This document shows positions 1 through 12,800 of a DNA stretch of 64,000 nucleotides, piece by piece. A model generated the notes under the pieces. It saw nothing but the letters and a program-made list of their open reading frames with translations, searched no databases and was not told where the DNA came from. Numbering within the stretch: the first letter of the stretch is position 1; every line of letters starts with the position of its first letter. Location of the stretch: assembly GCF_009914755.1 (NCBI RefSeq), contig NC_060934.1. One strand, 5' to 3'. A program made the position numbers and the translations under genes. The DNA is from the human T2T-CHM13v2.0 reference genome, Homo sapiens.

Positions 1-402
1 CCCTCCCCCCTCCCCCCACCCCACAACAGTCCCCGGAGTGTGATGTTCCCCTTCTTGTGTCCATGTGTTCTCATTGTTCAATTCCCACCTATGAGTGAGA
101 ACATGCGGTGTTTGGTTTTTTTGTCCTTGCGATAGTTTGCTGAGAATGATGATTTCCAGTTTCATCCATGTCCCTACAAAGGACATGAACTCATCATTTT
201 TTATGGCTGCATAGTATTCCATGGTGTATATGTGCCACATTTTCTTAATCCAGTCTATTGTTGTTGGACATTTGGGTTGGTTCCAAGTCTTTGCTATTGT
301 GAATAGTGCTGCAATAAACATACGTGTGCATGTGTCTTTATAGCAGCATGATTTATAGTCCTTTGGGTATATACCCAGTAATGGGATGGCTGGGTCAAAT
401 GG
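1..402 (-). mobile_element. L1PA (young primate LINE-1) 3' fragment, 5'-truncated
   Basis: Reverse complement of the L1 ORF2 end and 3'UTR (ttcaattcccacctatgagtgagaacatgcggtgtttgg ... ggatggctgggtcaaatgg). Confidence 0.95.
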
Positions 403-959
403 CAGAGATACACATTTTTCTACTGATAAAATAAGAGCATGTGGTCATATACACTCTTTGTCACTACCATTAAAAAATAAAAGTTGTTGTAAGATTAAAT
501 GGGATGCTTACATTCTGAACAATGATACCGGGTAAAAACAACAAGCATCTACATCTGCACACATATGTATAAACATACACTGGTCTATTCAAAAGGTGTA
601 CAAGCCTTTGGCCAGGTCTTTTCTTGTATTAAATTAAAGGAATGCTCTGGTGCTCTTATACTCACATTCTATTCCTTCTGGCCTCTCCCACTTACTCATT
701 CCACCACTACCATCTAAGTTATCTCTAGGTCCACTAATGTCCTGTCCTATACTCAGTGGTATAACCAAAGAGTTACAGACTCCTGATAATAAGAATCTCC
801 TGGACTAAATCAAATCTTGTCTCCAAGAAAAGGTCTTGGGGATTTTAACCAGCCATCCCAGGTAATTCTAATTATCAGGCAAGTCTGAGAAACACTAGGT
901 TAAGCAGCAACCTGGAACCTGGCTATGAAGAGAGTAATCCACAGAAGAGTATAGACCAT

Positions 960-1325
960 TGATACGGTTTGGCTCTGTGTCCCCACCCAAATCTCACTGT
1001 ATAGCTCCCATAAGTCCCACAAGTTGTGGGAGGGACCCAGTGGGAGATGATTAAATCATGAGGGCTGGTCTTTCCCATGCTGTTCTAGTGATAGTGAATG
1101 AATCTCATGAGATCTGATGGTTTTAAAAATGGGAGTTTCTCTGCACAAGCTCTCTCTTTGCCTGCTGCCATCTATGTAAGATGTGACTTGCTCCTCCATG
1201 CCTTCCACCATGATTGTCAGGCCTCCTCAGCCATGTGGAACTGTAAGTCCATTAAACCTCTTTCTTTTGCAAATTGCTCAGTCTCGGGTATGTCTTTACC
1301 AGTAGCATGAAAACAGACTAATACA
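960..1325 (+). mobile_element. THE1 (THE1C-like) MaLR solo LTR
   Basis: TGATAcGGTTTGGCTCTGTGTCCCCACCCAAATCTC...GACTAATACA; 5-bp TSD accat/accac. Confidence 0.92.
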
Positions 1326-3765
1326 ACCACAAAAGCTGCTGACTAAAACCACATGTTTCATCATGCCTGGGGGGTGGCGGATACTGAGATTGGGGTCAAG
1401 TGAACTTGATTTGTCATAAACTCCCACGACGACACATGTACAAGGATGAAAGGGAGCATCATGTGAAAAGCATGAGGAGTCCATGAACCCACAGTTCACT
1501 TGATGAACTGGACCCATGAAGTGAAATATTGTGCAATGTAATCATTGAATACCCTAAGCTGAATCAATAATTCAGCACTGTATTTTGTCAGTTTTTGCTT
1601 ATTCAAATCATTGTGATATTTGATATCAAAACAAATTATTTAAATTAAGTACTTTATTTTCCCTCCTAATAATTTCATCTGACATTAATTTCTTTGTAGA
1701 AATTCCAACCCATAGGACAGTTCTTTCATGGGCAATTGTAGGAGAAACTGGTTAAGTCTAAAACCACAACACAGTTTCCATATGTAAACAGAAGCGTCTC
1801 ATTTTGAGAAAAATCTCAGAAGATTCTATTATAAATATAAACATCCATCTTGAAAAGAGACAGGATTTTTAACATTTTCACTCCCAGAAACCATGTAAAA
1901 ATGTCAAAGCTGATTTTCAATATTAATAGTCACAGCTGTCCTTCAGCATCTCAGAAAATCCATGTAAATGCTCTTTATTGATATGACTATAAGGTATACT
2001 AGGAAAATTGCATTTAATACACATGTTGTTTCAATAATATATAAAATTTAGAAGAGTTGAAGGAAACTATTAGTTCCTTTTGAAAGAAAGAGAACACGGT
2101 ATTTAAATAACTCATTAGGTGTCTTAGAAAGATATTAAGTACTTGCTGAGAGCCTACTATATGCGCTAAACTGCAGTGGTTACCAAGGAAATAAGAGACG
2201 TGGGTTCTGTCCTATATGACTGTAGTCCTTTCTGGGAGGAGACACACCAGACTTTGTCAACTATTTTTATTTTGCCAATATAAAAGGATTCCTGTCCCTT
2301 TACCATGTATTTTGGTCCTATCTGTTCAAACTGTGAATTTGGACAATCACTTAACTTCCTTGCAACATGGAGGGAATAGAATGCCCACATTATTCGTGTT
2401 ATTGTGGGGAACAAATGCATGCGAACGCACTTTGTAAATGATGAAGCACCTGGCAAATGCTAATTCCTGTGAGTTCACTTATTCTGCGCAGATGTGAAAG
2501 CTCTAACATTATTTGCAGAAAGGGGAGATGGTCCAGACTGCCTGATGCTGCATCAAGGAAAACCAGGCCAAATGGATTTAAGCTCTTTCAGAGATTGCAG
2601 AGAAAGGATATTTGAGCCTTAAAAAAATCTAGAAATAAAATGTAATGTGAGCTAGCCCAGGTTTACATGGAACTTGTCAGAAACTCTGACTCCTCCAGGA
2701 CAGTACAAAACAAGTCAACTATGAAAGAATTCCCCATCCTAATGGTATTTTTCACTTGCATAATTCCCTTAGTTAACAGAGTCCTCTCAGTGAAATCCAA
2801 TACACTCATTCTTCACACACAGTTGACAGAAAAATTAGAAGGCCTTTTGAAACTGTTATTTTCCTCAGTATACAAAAGACGTATTTGATAGATTGTTCTC
2901 TGAGTACTGTAATGTTGGTTTCCTACGAATGATTTCATCAATGTTATTGGAACAATGAAATCAGTAGCAACTTTAAAAACAGTATCAATCTCAGCTGAGG
3001 CGATTATAAAATATAACATTATCCCTAATACTCTGCTTCTATACATTGAAGTCCCTTTTATTGTGTGTTCCATCAAACAGACATTCTTTGAATTTTACAG
3101 TGACTCATAAAAATGTCAGGAGTGATTATTCCAGATCATTGTGACAAAACAGCTCTTTAGTGTAATACGCTTACCCATCAAGAATTTGAAACAAAAAAGG
3201 CATTGTGGTAGGAATATATTAGGATCATTCTAAAGAGGTTGTTAGGATAGAGATAATCAGCTTTTCCCAGTGCCAAATTAATATTTTCTACAACAGATTT
3301 CCAGAAAATTATGTCAATGCAGTGGAAAAGAAATGAGAGACCCACATGGTATATTTAGAAAAAGACTAGTATGAAGAAATAAAAAAATGTAGGTTGATAA
3401 GAGCCCAGGCTCAGTGCAGTTTATTGTTTTTGCCCCTTTTTAATGCTCATAGAGAAAACAAAATGCAAACTGGACAGTTAGTGAGTCTCCAAACCCCAAA
3501 TCTCACTCAAGTGATCAGCACTAAAAATTTTGGTGTGTCTCCCTAGAAGTCATTTTCTGAATATATGTATTGTGTGAATGTCCATGTTATACACACACAC
3601 ATACATACACGTATATATACATACATGTATACATTTAATAAATATCCATGTCTTGCTTTTTTCACTTAAATATATAGATATTGGAGACCATTTCCATAGC
3701 GTGCTAGATGGGCAGTTAAATTAAAAAAGAAATTGTAGAAAACAAATGACAATTAACTTCTAAGT

Positions 3766-3910
3766 CAATGGCTCTTAGCACTGACTGAAAGCTAGAATCA
3801 CCTAAACACCATTTAAAAAATACTTATTTTAGGGATCTACCCCAGATCAGGTATCTGGATTCTTCAAAGCTCCCTAGGTAAGCCTAACATTCATCAGTTG
3901 CTTAAGTGCT
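3766..3910. mobile_element. MER5-type hAT-Charlie remnant (a similar fragment lies at ~790-897)
   Basis: agaatcacct...aaaaatac...aagctccctaggt motifs typical of MER5; degenerate. Confidence 0.55.
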
Positions 3911-4734
3911 AGGAAGATAAGCACCAGATCTCTTCAACATGCTTCATAAGATCAATGTACACTATGTAACCATACGCAGGAGAAGTCTTTTGTTTTTAGT
4001 AGTCCATATTGATTGCAGGAAATTTAAGAACACGAGAGAGAGAGAAGGGTTCAGAAATACACACCCACATGAGTTCTTAATAAATACCACCAGATAAGCC
4101 AACAAAACAAAAATAGCATATAAACCTGCCTAAGGCTAAGAACCTTAAGAAAATCAGATTTTTTTCTGAAAGTATTACTAAAAGAAAAAATTTGCCTTTC
4201 CATAATTCAAAGTCCTCCTCAATTCAAGTAACATTTTCTCTGAAATTCATTCAAAAGAGCATTTATTGAGCAGTTGCTATGTGCTACATATTGAGCATAC
4301 AGAGAAAGGAAATAATCCCTGTACTTCAGAAAGTTACCATCTCCTTCAGTGGTTTTCAAACTGTAATTTTGCCTGCTAAAGGCTCTCTTGCAATGCAATC
4401 TAAATGAAGGGTGGATATCTTAAGCATTTCAGGGAAAAGCTGATTCAATTCAGATGGCAAACAAGATTAGAGCCCAAATTCCTATAGGTCTGTCTGCACT
4501 ACCTGAGGCAGCCAGTCACCCTAGACATCACCAAGGAACCCCTAACTGCTCCAAAGAGCAAGTAGGAGAGTGCTGTAGCCTAGTAAACTGATGGCTGTCA
4601 CATCAACCTTCAGATTAAACGAAAGTCTAGAACAGTGCTCACCAAGATGGGATACATGCAAAACGATCCATAAGCAAACAAAAAGAAAATACTAAAATTC
4701 TGAATAACAGCCTTTATAAAAGTCAATGTTTTTT

Positions 4735-5052
<318 letters not shown>

Positions 5053-5125
5053 CTGCAATGTTTTTGAATTTTAAAATGTAAATAATTTATTTGTACAGCA
5101 GTTCATTCAGAAATCCATAATTACA

Positions 5126-5240
5126 TTAGGTTGAACTGTATGAAACTGCCATTTTTACAAACCAAAATATTTGCAGTTTTATACGGCTCAGCCTAATATG
5201 TATTATTAAAAATTGTATGCATTTCATATGGTTCAACCTA
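5126..5240. mobile_element. MADE2 mariner-derived MITE with an extra right TIR
   Basis: ttaggttgaactgtatgaaactgc ... gcagttttatacggctcagcctaa (5126-5196), then a further atttcatatggttcaaccta at 5221-5240. Confidence 0.75.
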
Positions 5241-5245
5241 TGCAT

Positions 5246-5474
5246 TAGGGTTTTGAAACTTCAGCATTATTGACATTTTAGGCTAGATCATTCCTTGCTG
5301 TGGGGTGATGCCCTGTGCATTTAGGATGTTTGGCAGCATCCTTGTCCTCTTCTTCCTAGATGTCTGTAGCACCACTCCTCACCCTCCTCCCCAACCACTG
5401 CAGCAACCCAAGTGTCTCCAGGCATTGTCAGTTGTCCCCTGGGGGACAAAAATCATCTCCTGTTAATAATCACT
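5246..5474. mobile_element. MER20 hAT-Charlie element
   Basis: cagcattattgacattttaggctagatcattccttgctgtgggg...ggatgtttggcagcatc...ccctgggggacaaaa...aatcactg. Confidence 0.85.
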
Positions 5475-7789
5475 GATCTATATTCAGTACAGATGCTGAG
5501 TTTTTACTAGTGAATGATTAAAATAGTTTGGGGACCACTGCCTAAAGAACTGAGATGGTTGACATTAATGTTTATAATAATGCTGAGATACTAACCCAAT
5601 ATGGACATTTGCATGAATTTCACATTTGAGCCATCTGTTAAAGATATGATGGGTTCACCATTACCATGAACATTGTGATCTACCAACCCTCAAAGGATAC
5701 TCACGACAGTACCATGCCATGCACAGAAGGTATGTGCAAAGAACCATCAGCAAGGGAATGCACAGCAGTTGCTCTCCCGAGATAAAGTGGGGGTAGACAA
5801 TAAGGGTGAGAGAAAACATGTCTGCAAAGTGCCAGAAACAACAGTCATGTATATATGCCAGGCTAGCATGCAGTCATCAGGCCTGAGTGTGCTTTTCCCA
5901 AGCAAAGGCTTTCAGAAGGCTCTGAAACATTGGATCACAAAATGTTCTCAAATGCCTAGGCATAAACACAATGAGAGTGGCAATCAGGACTGTCTTCACA
6001 GATGCACATGGTGGAAGAGGCTGTCAGTTACCAACTGATCTATGTGCCACCCCCACACATCGATAGAAGTTTAGTCAATACAATTTATTTTGAAAATTAA
6101 GATTGATTATATATGGACATGTTTGGGGGCTCACGTGCGCGCACTCCAGAGTGTTGTAAATACATACATATAGTAAGCTGGTTTTCCTCCTATCAAAAGC
6201 AAGAATGGCAAAGTTCAAACACATGTTTATTTATTCACATGCTCTGAACGAAGATTTATTCTAAAAGAAAAGAAAAAAACATGGCTTACAAACACCAGCT
6301 AACAGCTTTTAGTCATGAATCTGTTAGTCTTGGTTCTGATTAAGCACTGGCATATATGAGATGTGACAATATAGCATTTAGACATTACATTAACACCATC
6401 TATAGGCAACCCCCAATCATCTTACTGTCTAAACCAATATATAAGATACATGATAGACATTTTCAAAGGACTTATTTAAAAGCCTCAGAATTTGTTTTCG
6501 TTCTCAGGCATTAATATTTTTGGATATTGAGTGGGAGGAAGTGTGGGAAGGAGGGAATTCTCAAAAGGCATTGAATAAATGCTGGCATTAAAAAGGAATT
6601 GGGATTCCCCCATCCCACCCCCTGCTTTTGAAGGAGAAGGAAACAAGACTCCAGTCTTGAGAATGTCTCCCTCTGGCCTGACCCCTTGCAGCCAGCTGGC
6701 CTTTGCCAGAACCCTGCCTCCTTTCCCCCCACCACAAGACAGAAGCCAATCTTGGTGCCCAGGCAGTGGTTTCTGTTGGGTAGATTTTTAGGAGATGATG
6801 ACTTGAAAGGAGATGTTGGGATCTTCCTATTTAAGTCAGTCCATGAAAGGAAGCTCACAAGAAGCCATCAAAATTTTTCTTTGTTCTTTTTTAAATTTTT
6901 GAGCATCTGGAACCCTGTTTATTTAATCAAGATTATGACTGTTCTACATAAGGGAAGAATCAAGAAACCAAATTTAATGATAACTAAGTTTAACTAGAAC
7001 TTATAACAGGCGAGGCACTTCTAAATATTTTATGTGCTTAAATTTTATTAATCCTCAATTCTGTTAATCTTCACCAAAAAAAAAAAAAACCCTATGATAT
7101 AGGTACAAATTTTATAGATAAGAAAACTAAGGCACTGGGGCTGACTAGACTGCAGCAAATGAGGCACCTCAGGCACACGGGCAGGATTCTGAGAGTGGGC
7201 GCCTCTGTAAGTTTGTTGCCCTATGTGCCTTCCTCACCTTACCCTAAAGCTGACCCTGCTAAGGAAGGTGGGATTTGAGCCCCCATGGCCTTGGGCACCC
7301 CTAACCTGAAGACATTCATAAGGGAACGCACACACAGGGTTTTGGATCTTGGAAGAAGTGAGTTAACACCTTAGCTCCACTGTTTGCTAGCTCTACACCT
7401 TAATTTCTCAGAGCCGGATGCTGTTTTGTGTGGTGGATGTGGGGGTTGGGTGGGGGACATATCCACCTGGCGTTTGCCTCCTAATCATTGAATCTGTGAA
7501 CACCTCAAACCAAGAACATGGCCTTGAAGGTGCACTCAATAAATATTACTCTCCACCCTTCCTTACACAAGAGAACTCTTCATTTAATACATTAATGGTA
7601 ATTTTTAAAATTATATTTTACATTGAGCAAAACTAAACTTTGTCTTTAGAATCAGTGAGAATACAAATAATGGACAATGTTCAGAAATCGATCTCTTCAG
7701 GAGTGAATGGAGAGGATGAGGTGATTTGCTCAGATGTGATGTTTTTGGACTTTGGGTGGCTGCTTGTTATTTGTGGACTCCATGACTGG

Positions 7790-8290
7790 CAACTCAATTA
7801 TGCCCAAAAATAGAGGCTGTTTAAATAGATTATGAGACAATCATGCAATGAGTACCACACAACCACGCACAAAGAACCAGGGAGCCTTCTAGATACTGAA
7901 AGGGAAAGATTCACACAGTATATTAGGTGAAAACAGCAAGGTACAGAACAGGGAATGCTAGGATTTTAATTACAAAGGAGGTTCAGTGTGTATATATTTA
8001 TATACATGTGCCTTTGTAAACATAAATATCTCTGGAAAGATACACAATTAACTGTAATATTAGTTGCCTCTGGTGAGGGAAAATCAGTGGCTGTGGGCCA
8101 GAAGAGAGAAAATTTACTCTATGTCTGTTTATACATTTTATTTTTCTTGTTTTTTGAAATAGCTGATATATTCACATAATTAAAAGTTATTAACTTTTAA
8201 TTTTAATATTCATATAACTTTAATATTCACATAATAAAAGTTAATAACTTTTATGTGAATATATCAGCTATTTCAAAAAATAAGGAAAAT
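7790..8290 (+). mobile_element. Old L1ME 3' fragment (similar fragments at ~17510-17960 and ~19720-20280, and on the minus strand at ~56620-56930)
   Basis: Degenerate L1M 3'UTR motifs (tattaggtgaaaacagcaaggtacagaaca; tctctggaaagatacac; gttgcctctgg). Confidence 0.65.
8150..8280. repeat. Perfect 30-bp inverted repeat around an AT-rich spacer
   Basis: 8150-8179 ttttttgaaatagctgatatattcacataa is the exact reverse complement of 8251-8280. Confidence 0.95.
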
Positions 8291-8388
8291 AACAATAAAT
8301 AGGGAACTTTAGTGAGATTGGTACAAGTCTTGGTGAGCTCATGGAAGTCAAGCCTGACATTTATTTGGGAGCTCAGAAGTTCGTATTG

Positions 8389-8750
8389 CAGTTTTCTGTG
8401 TCAGAGTGCTGAGGTCCAAGAACCAGTATCACCTAGAAGTCTGTTAGAAAAGCAGATTCCTGATCCCATTTCAGACCTCTTGAAAAGATATCTTTAGGAA
8501 TGGGGCCAGGAATCAGGCTTAAGAAGCCCTCCTGGTGACTCTAATGTTCACTTATGTTTGAGAAGCACCATCCAGATCAGTAATTCACAAACACTCTGCA
8601 GACTGGCTGCAGACACATCTGGAAGGTGTATTTTAAACAGGCACCTGGGCCTCAGATTAGACTGAATTTTAGTATTCCAGGTGAAACACAGGAATGAATA
8701 TTGTTTAAAAGCCTGATTCTGACACACAGCCAGAGCTTAGGAACCTCTTT
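8389..8750. mobile_element. Two adjacent MER5-type elements
   Basis: atcacctagaagtctgttagaaaagcagattcct...aagccctcctggtgactctaatg...tttgagaagcac, followed by a second degenerate copy. Confidence 0.7.
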
Positions 8751-8934
8751 CTAAAATCAAAATGGGCTGTGATCAATTCAAATGATTTTTACTGAGATTA
8801 ATCTGCATGTTGCAGTCTAAAGAGACCCAGTTGCATACTTACTTCTCACAATCAGGCCTCTCTGTTGAATGTATGTGTGGCCATCTTTGTGCAGCCAACC
8901 AAATTTTAGCAGGCACCAGAATGCTAAATGGGGT

Positions 8935-9851
8935 GCACTCTTTCATTTACACAACCAGGGTGCTGCTGTACCTCCCAGGACCTGGTAGCAGCTACATTTG
9001 GTTGAGTCCTATCTAAATTGAGTGGCAAGGGTCCAGGGCAGGCAAGAGCCGAGTTCATGAGAGCAACACTTCTCAAACCTTTAGAGTCCCAGGATCAAGT
9101 TCACACACAAGAAATGCTGGAGGAACATTTCTAGGACTTGCATTCCAACATGATACACTCTATTTTATGACTTTTGCTGGATGAGAAGAACTGTTTGCAG
9201 CCCTTGTTAAAACACAGATTGCGCTCTCCCAACTGCAGGGTTCTCATGCAGTAGAGACTGGGGGTCGTGGTGATCATTTGGTGATATGGATGATGATCTC
9301 TTGGTTCCAGAGCTTTCAGAAACACTTCTTTGGACCACAGGTTTTCAACCAGAATGCTATAGGCCCTTTTCAAGCATGCTGACAAATATGATCACCAAGT
9401 ATAATAAATGTTGCTATAACTGAAGATGCATAATGTTATGGGTGTAGGTGTCAGACAGACCTTTGAGCTGAGCAAGTTCTGCTGGGAAATGTTGGGCAGG
9501 GAACAACCTGGCGAGGGTAATTCTAAGAGGAGTGGCTGAATGTTTAACAAGTACCCTCAGGAGGATGTAAGAAAGCCTGCTCGGGGCTGCAAACAGTTCT
9601 TCTCAGCCAGCAAAAGTCATAAAACAGAGTATATCATGTTGGAATGCAACTCCTTGAAATGTTCCTCCAGCATTTCTTGTGTGTGAACTTGATCCCGGGA
9701 CTCTAAAGGTTTGAGAAGTGCTGTTCTCATGAACTCAGCTCTTGCCTGCCCCAGACCCTTGCTGCTCAATTTGGACACGACTGGACCAAAAGGAACTGGT
9801 ACCAGGCCTTGGAAGGCACAGCAGCTCCCTGGTTGTGTAAATGAAGGAGTG
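8935..9851. repeat. Inverted duplication: ~268-bp arms (8935-9203 and 9584-9851), ~380-bp spacer
   Basis: Hand alignment: about 28 substitutions and no indels (~90% identity). Confidence 0.95.
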
Positions 9852-12800
9852 ACTAAGAACAATAGAATTTATGAGGACTCAGAACTTTAGAGCTGGACTG
9901 GATCTGTGTGATCCTGAAGAATCCCATCATGTTTGGATCAAGGAAGCTGTCGCTCAGAGAAGGGCTCAGCACCCTCCCAGGAGCTGGACAGAGGGTTTAT
10001 TTCTTCTCCAGAGCAGCTGAAGAAGTGCTCCAGGCTCTCCAATCTTCTAAATCCCAGGCTAGGCACTCTTCTTCTCCAAAACACTCCTCCACACATGCCA
10101 GTAACTACTTCTCAGAGACAAAAGATGAAGCTAGTGGACATTACAGCCTAGTAGTATCATGGGAAGTAGAGTTATCAACACTGGAAAAAGCAAGTGGAGG
10201 TTGAGGGTGAAGAGGGAACAAAGTGCACAATAAAACTGAATCAGTTTCTGACCCCATTATTTGTAATGCATGTTCATTTTGTCATGAGCTGGGCCGAATT
10301 ATTTTTAGGGAATAGCTGTCTTATATTCCAAAGGTAAATGTATAATATAAGATTAGCTGGTAGAGAAGAAAGTTAAGGAAGAATATGGACTATTGTTCTC
10401 AAGCCTCTTTATACCATCTACCTTTATTTATCTAATTGTAACAAAGACTTAATTTAAGAAATTATTCCATTATCCATTAGAATATCAACAAGATTTATCT
10501 TTGTAATATGGTAACACTGGATATATTAAAATATTTAATAAAAAATTAAGGTGTTTTATTTCTATTGTTATATTTAAGCCTCATTCCAGTTGGTTTCTTT
10601 CCTCTGCTTCTTCTTCCTGCCCTGACACACCTGAGGATTTATGACACAACCTTTTCACTACGGAAGTGATTCTCAGAAGGCCCATATTAGAATCTTTAGT
10701 TGGTGGTGTTAAGAGTCACCGCTCCGATATTTCAGAATAGTAACAATAACAACAGAGTGCTGATATTTATGACTAGATAAGCTAGAGACCTCTGTGGTTC
10801 CCCAAATTCACGGATCCCTCTAGCACATAATTTCCTTCCTAGGTGCAAACAAATAATATAGGACAGTCAGAGTGCAATGGGTGGCACGTCCTGAGTGGGT
10901 GGCTAGGTTTGTTCACCAAGTGAATTGCTTCTGCGCCTCAGCCTTCCAGAACTCCAAACGCATTCATGTCTCAGCAGAATTGCAAATTACTCTGGATCAC
11001 TTGGGAAACACTGAGACTCTCCTGTTAAATCTGTGAAGGTCAAGAGTCAACTACACGGTAAAAGATAAATGGGTGTTCTAAATTGCAATAAGTCAAAGAA
11101 TTCTTCAGGATATATATATTTTTTCTAATTGAAGTTGCTTCAAAGGGTCCTATGCATAAAATATATTGGCACTCAAGAAAAATAATACATCTCATTACTG
11201 TAGGGCAGGGCATGAAGTCTGCAACAACCTAAATTTCCTCCAGGATATACACAAAGTTTTCACTTCTCAGAAGCTTGTCAGTTCTACCTGAGAGTGTGAT
11301 TATTTAAAAATTCTAAATTAGCGTTATTAGTATATGTGAGAAAACTGTAATTAGCCTGAAATCATAGCCATAAGCCAGCTGTAACAGTTAAAATGGCAAT
11401 TTTCTATTTTCAAGTATGCGGAAAATGCATGTTTCTTATTACCACAACTGGTAAACTATTGGCTTGTGACAAAAGTCCCAATGCTATAGGATGGAAAAGT
11501 ACTTCCCTAGCTTTTCAGCAAGAAACAAACTCAAAACAAAAATCCCCAGCAGGATCACCTAGTGTCAATCAGCCTCCACTGTTAAACCTTCAGGGATCCT
11601 TAAAACCAAACCTAATTTCATCACAGCTGGGTAAATATTCATACAACTGCTGGAAGCAAGTTGGGCTCACTGCAGCTACGGCTCCAGAACTCCTAGCTTG
11701 AGACATGTTTTTCTTTTTGTGAAACTATTCAGCATTGCCACTAGCAATACAGGTCACTGTAGACTGGCAGCCTTAAATCATAGCACTTGTAGATTTAGAA
11801 ACATCCAAATTTATTGGGCTCTAATGTTTGCGGTTTCACAGTCACTCAGTATCAGTGGGCTTTTCAATTTAGGTCAGAAATGAAACCAATATACTATATG
11901 AGCCACATCCAGAAAGGGAAATTCCTCACTTTTCATTTCTCTATTTTATACCAATGAAAAATACGTTCACTCAAAATTTCTGATTTGGTGATGCCCAACA
12001 GAAATTGTCCTGTCTCAAAATAGTCCTTTATTGCAGAAGACTCTGAAAGCCCCTTTATCTGAAGAGATCGTTATTTTCCCTTTGAATATATGCCAAATAC
12101 ATACTGGTGGGCTATATATAGTAGAAATAATATTCAGGCAGCCTAATGTTACATCTAAGAAAATTATGTACCCTCCACAAGACTTAGCAATAAAGAGGAG
12201 GGGCTGTAATTTCTTGGCTTGTTACTGATCTTACCTCAGTCAAGGTTGAATGGAGTTTACTCTGTCCACATCATGCATTCTTGGTGAGGGTGTTAATTCC
12301 CCTCACAGGGCAAATATTGGTTCTGGGGTTGGGGGAAGAAAAATCTTATTCATTGCACATTATTTTTATGCATAAAGTACAGATATACATATACTACATA
12401 AAGAGATAAAAAGTAGATCTATAGTACTAACATTTCACTGTGGGGAGATGATTAGAAAAAAAAATTGTATACAGAAGCCCCTTAAGTGAGCAATGATAAT
12501 GAAACAATGGTTGCTCTAAATATCGGCAAAGCAACTGTTTGAAACCTCCAGCTAAAAAAAAAAAATCACAAATAGTATTTTGGAAACAATATTGGTTGTT
12601 TAAATTCAAGATTTCGATAACAATCAAATTATTTTCTCTTTGAGGATAGCCATTGCAAATTGCAACTAAGAGAAAAAGAATTCTATGTGGTTGCAAATAT
12701 TTTACAAAATGCTTGTGATCTTATTAGGAGTGACTAAAAACTACTTTCAACAAGTTTATCTGGTTATTTTTCAGGAATTCACAAACTATTTCTCTCTCTT

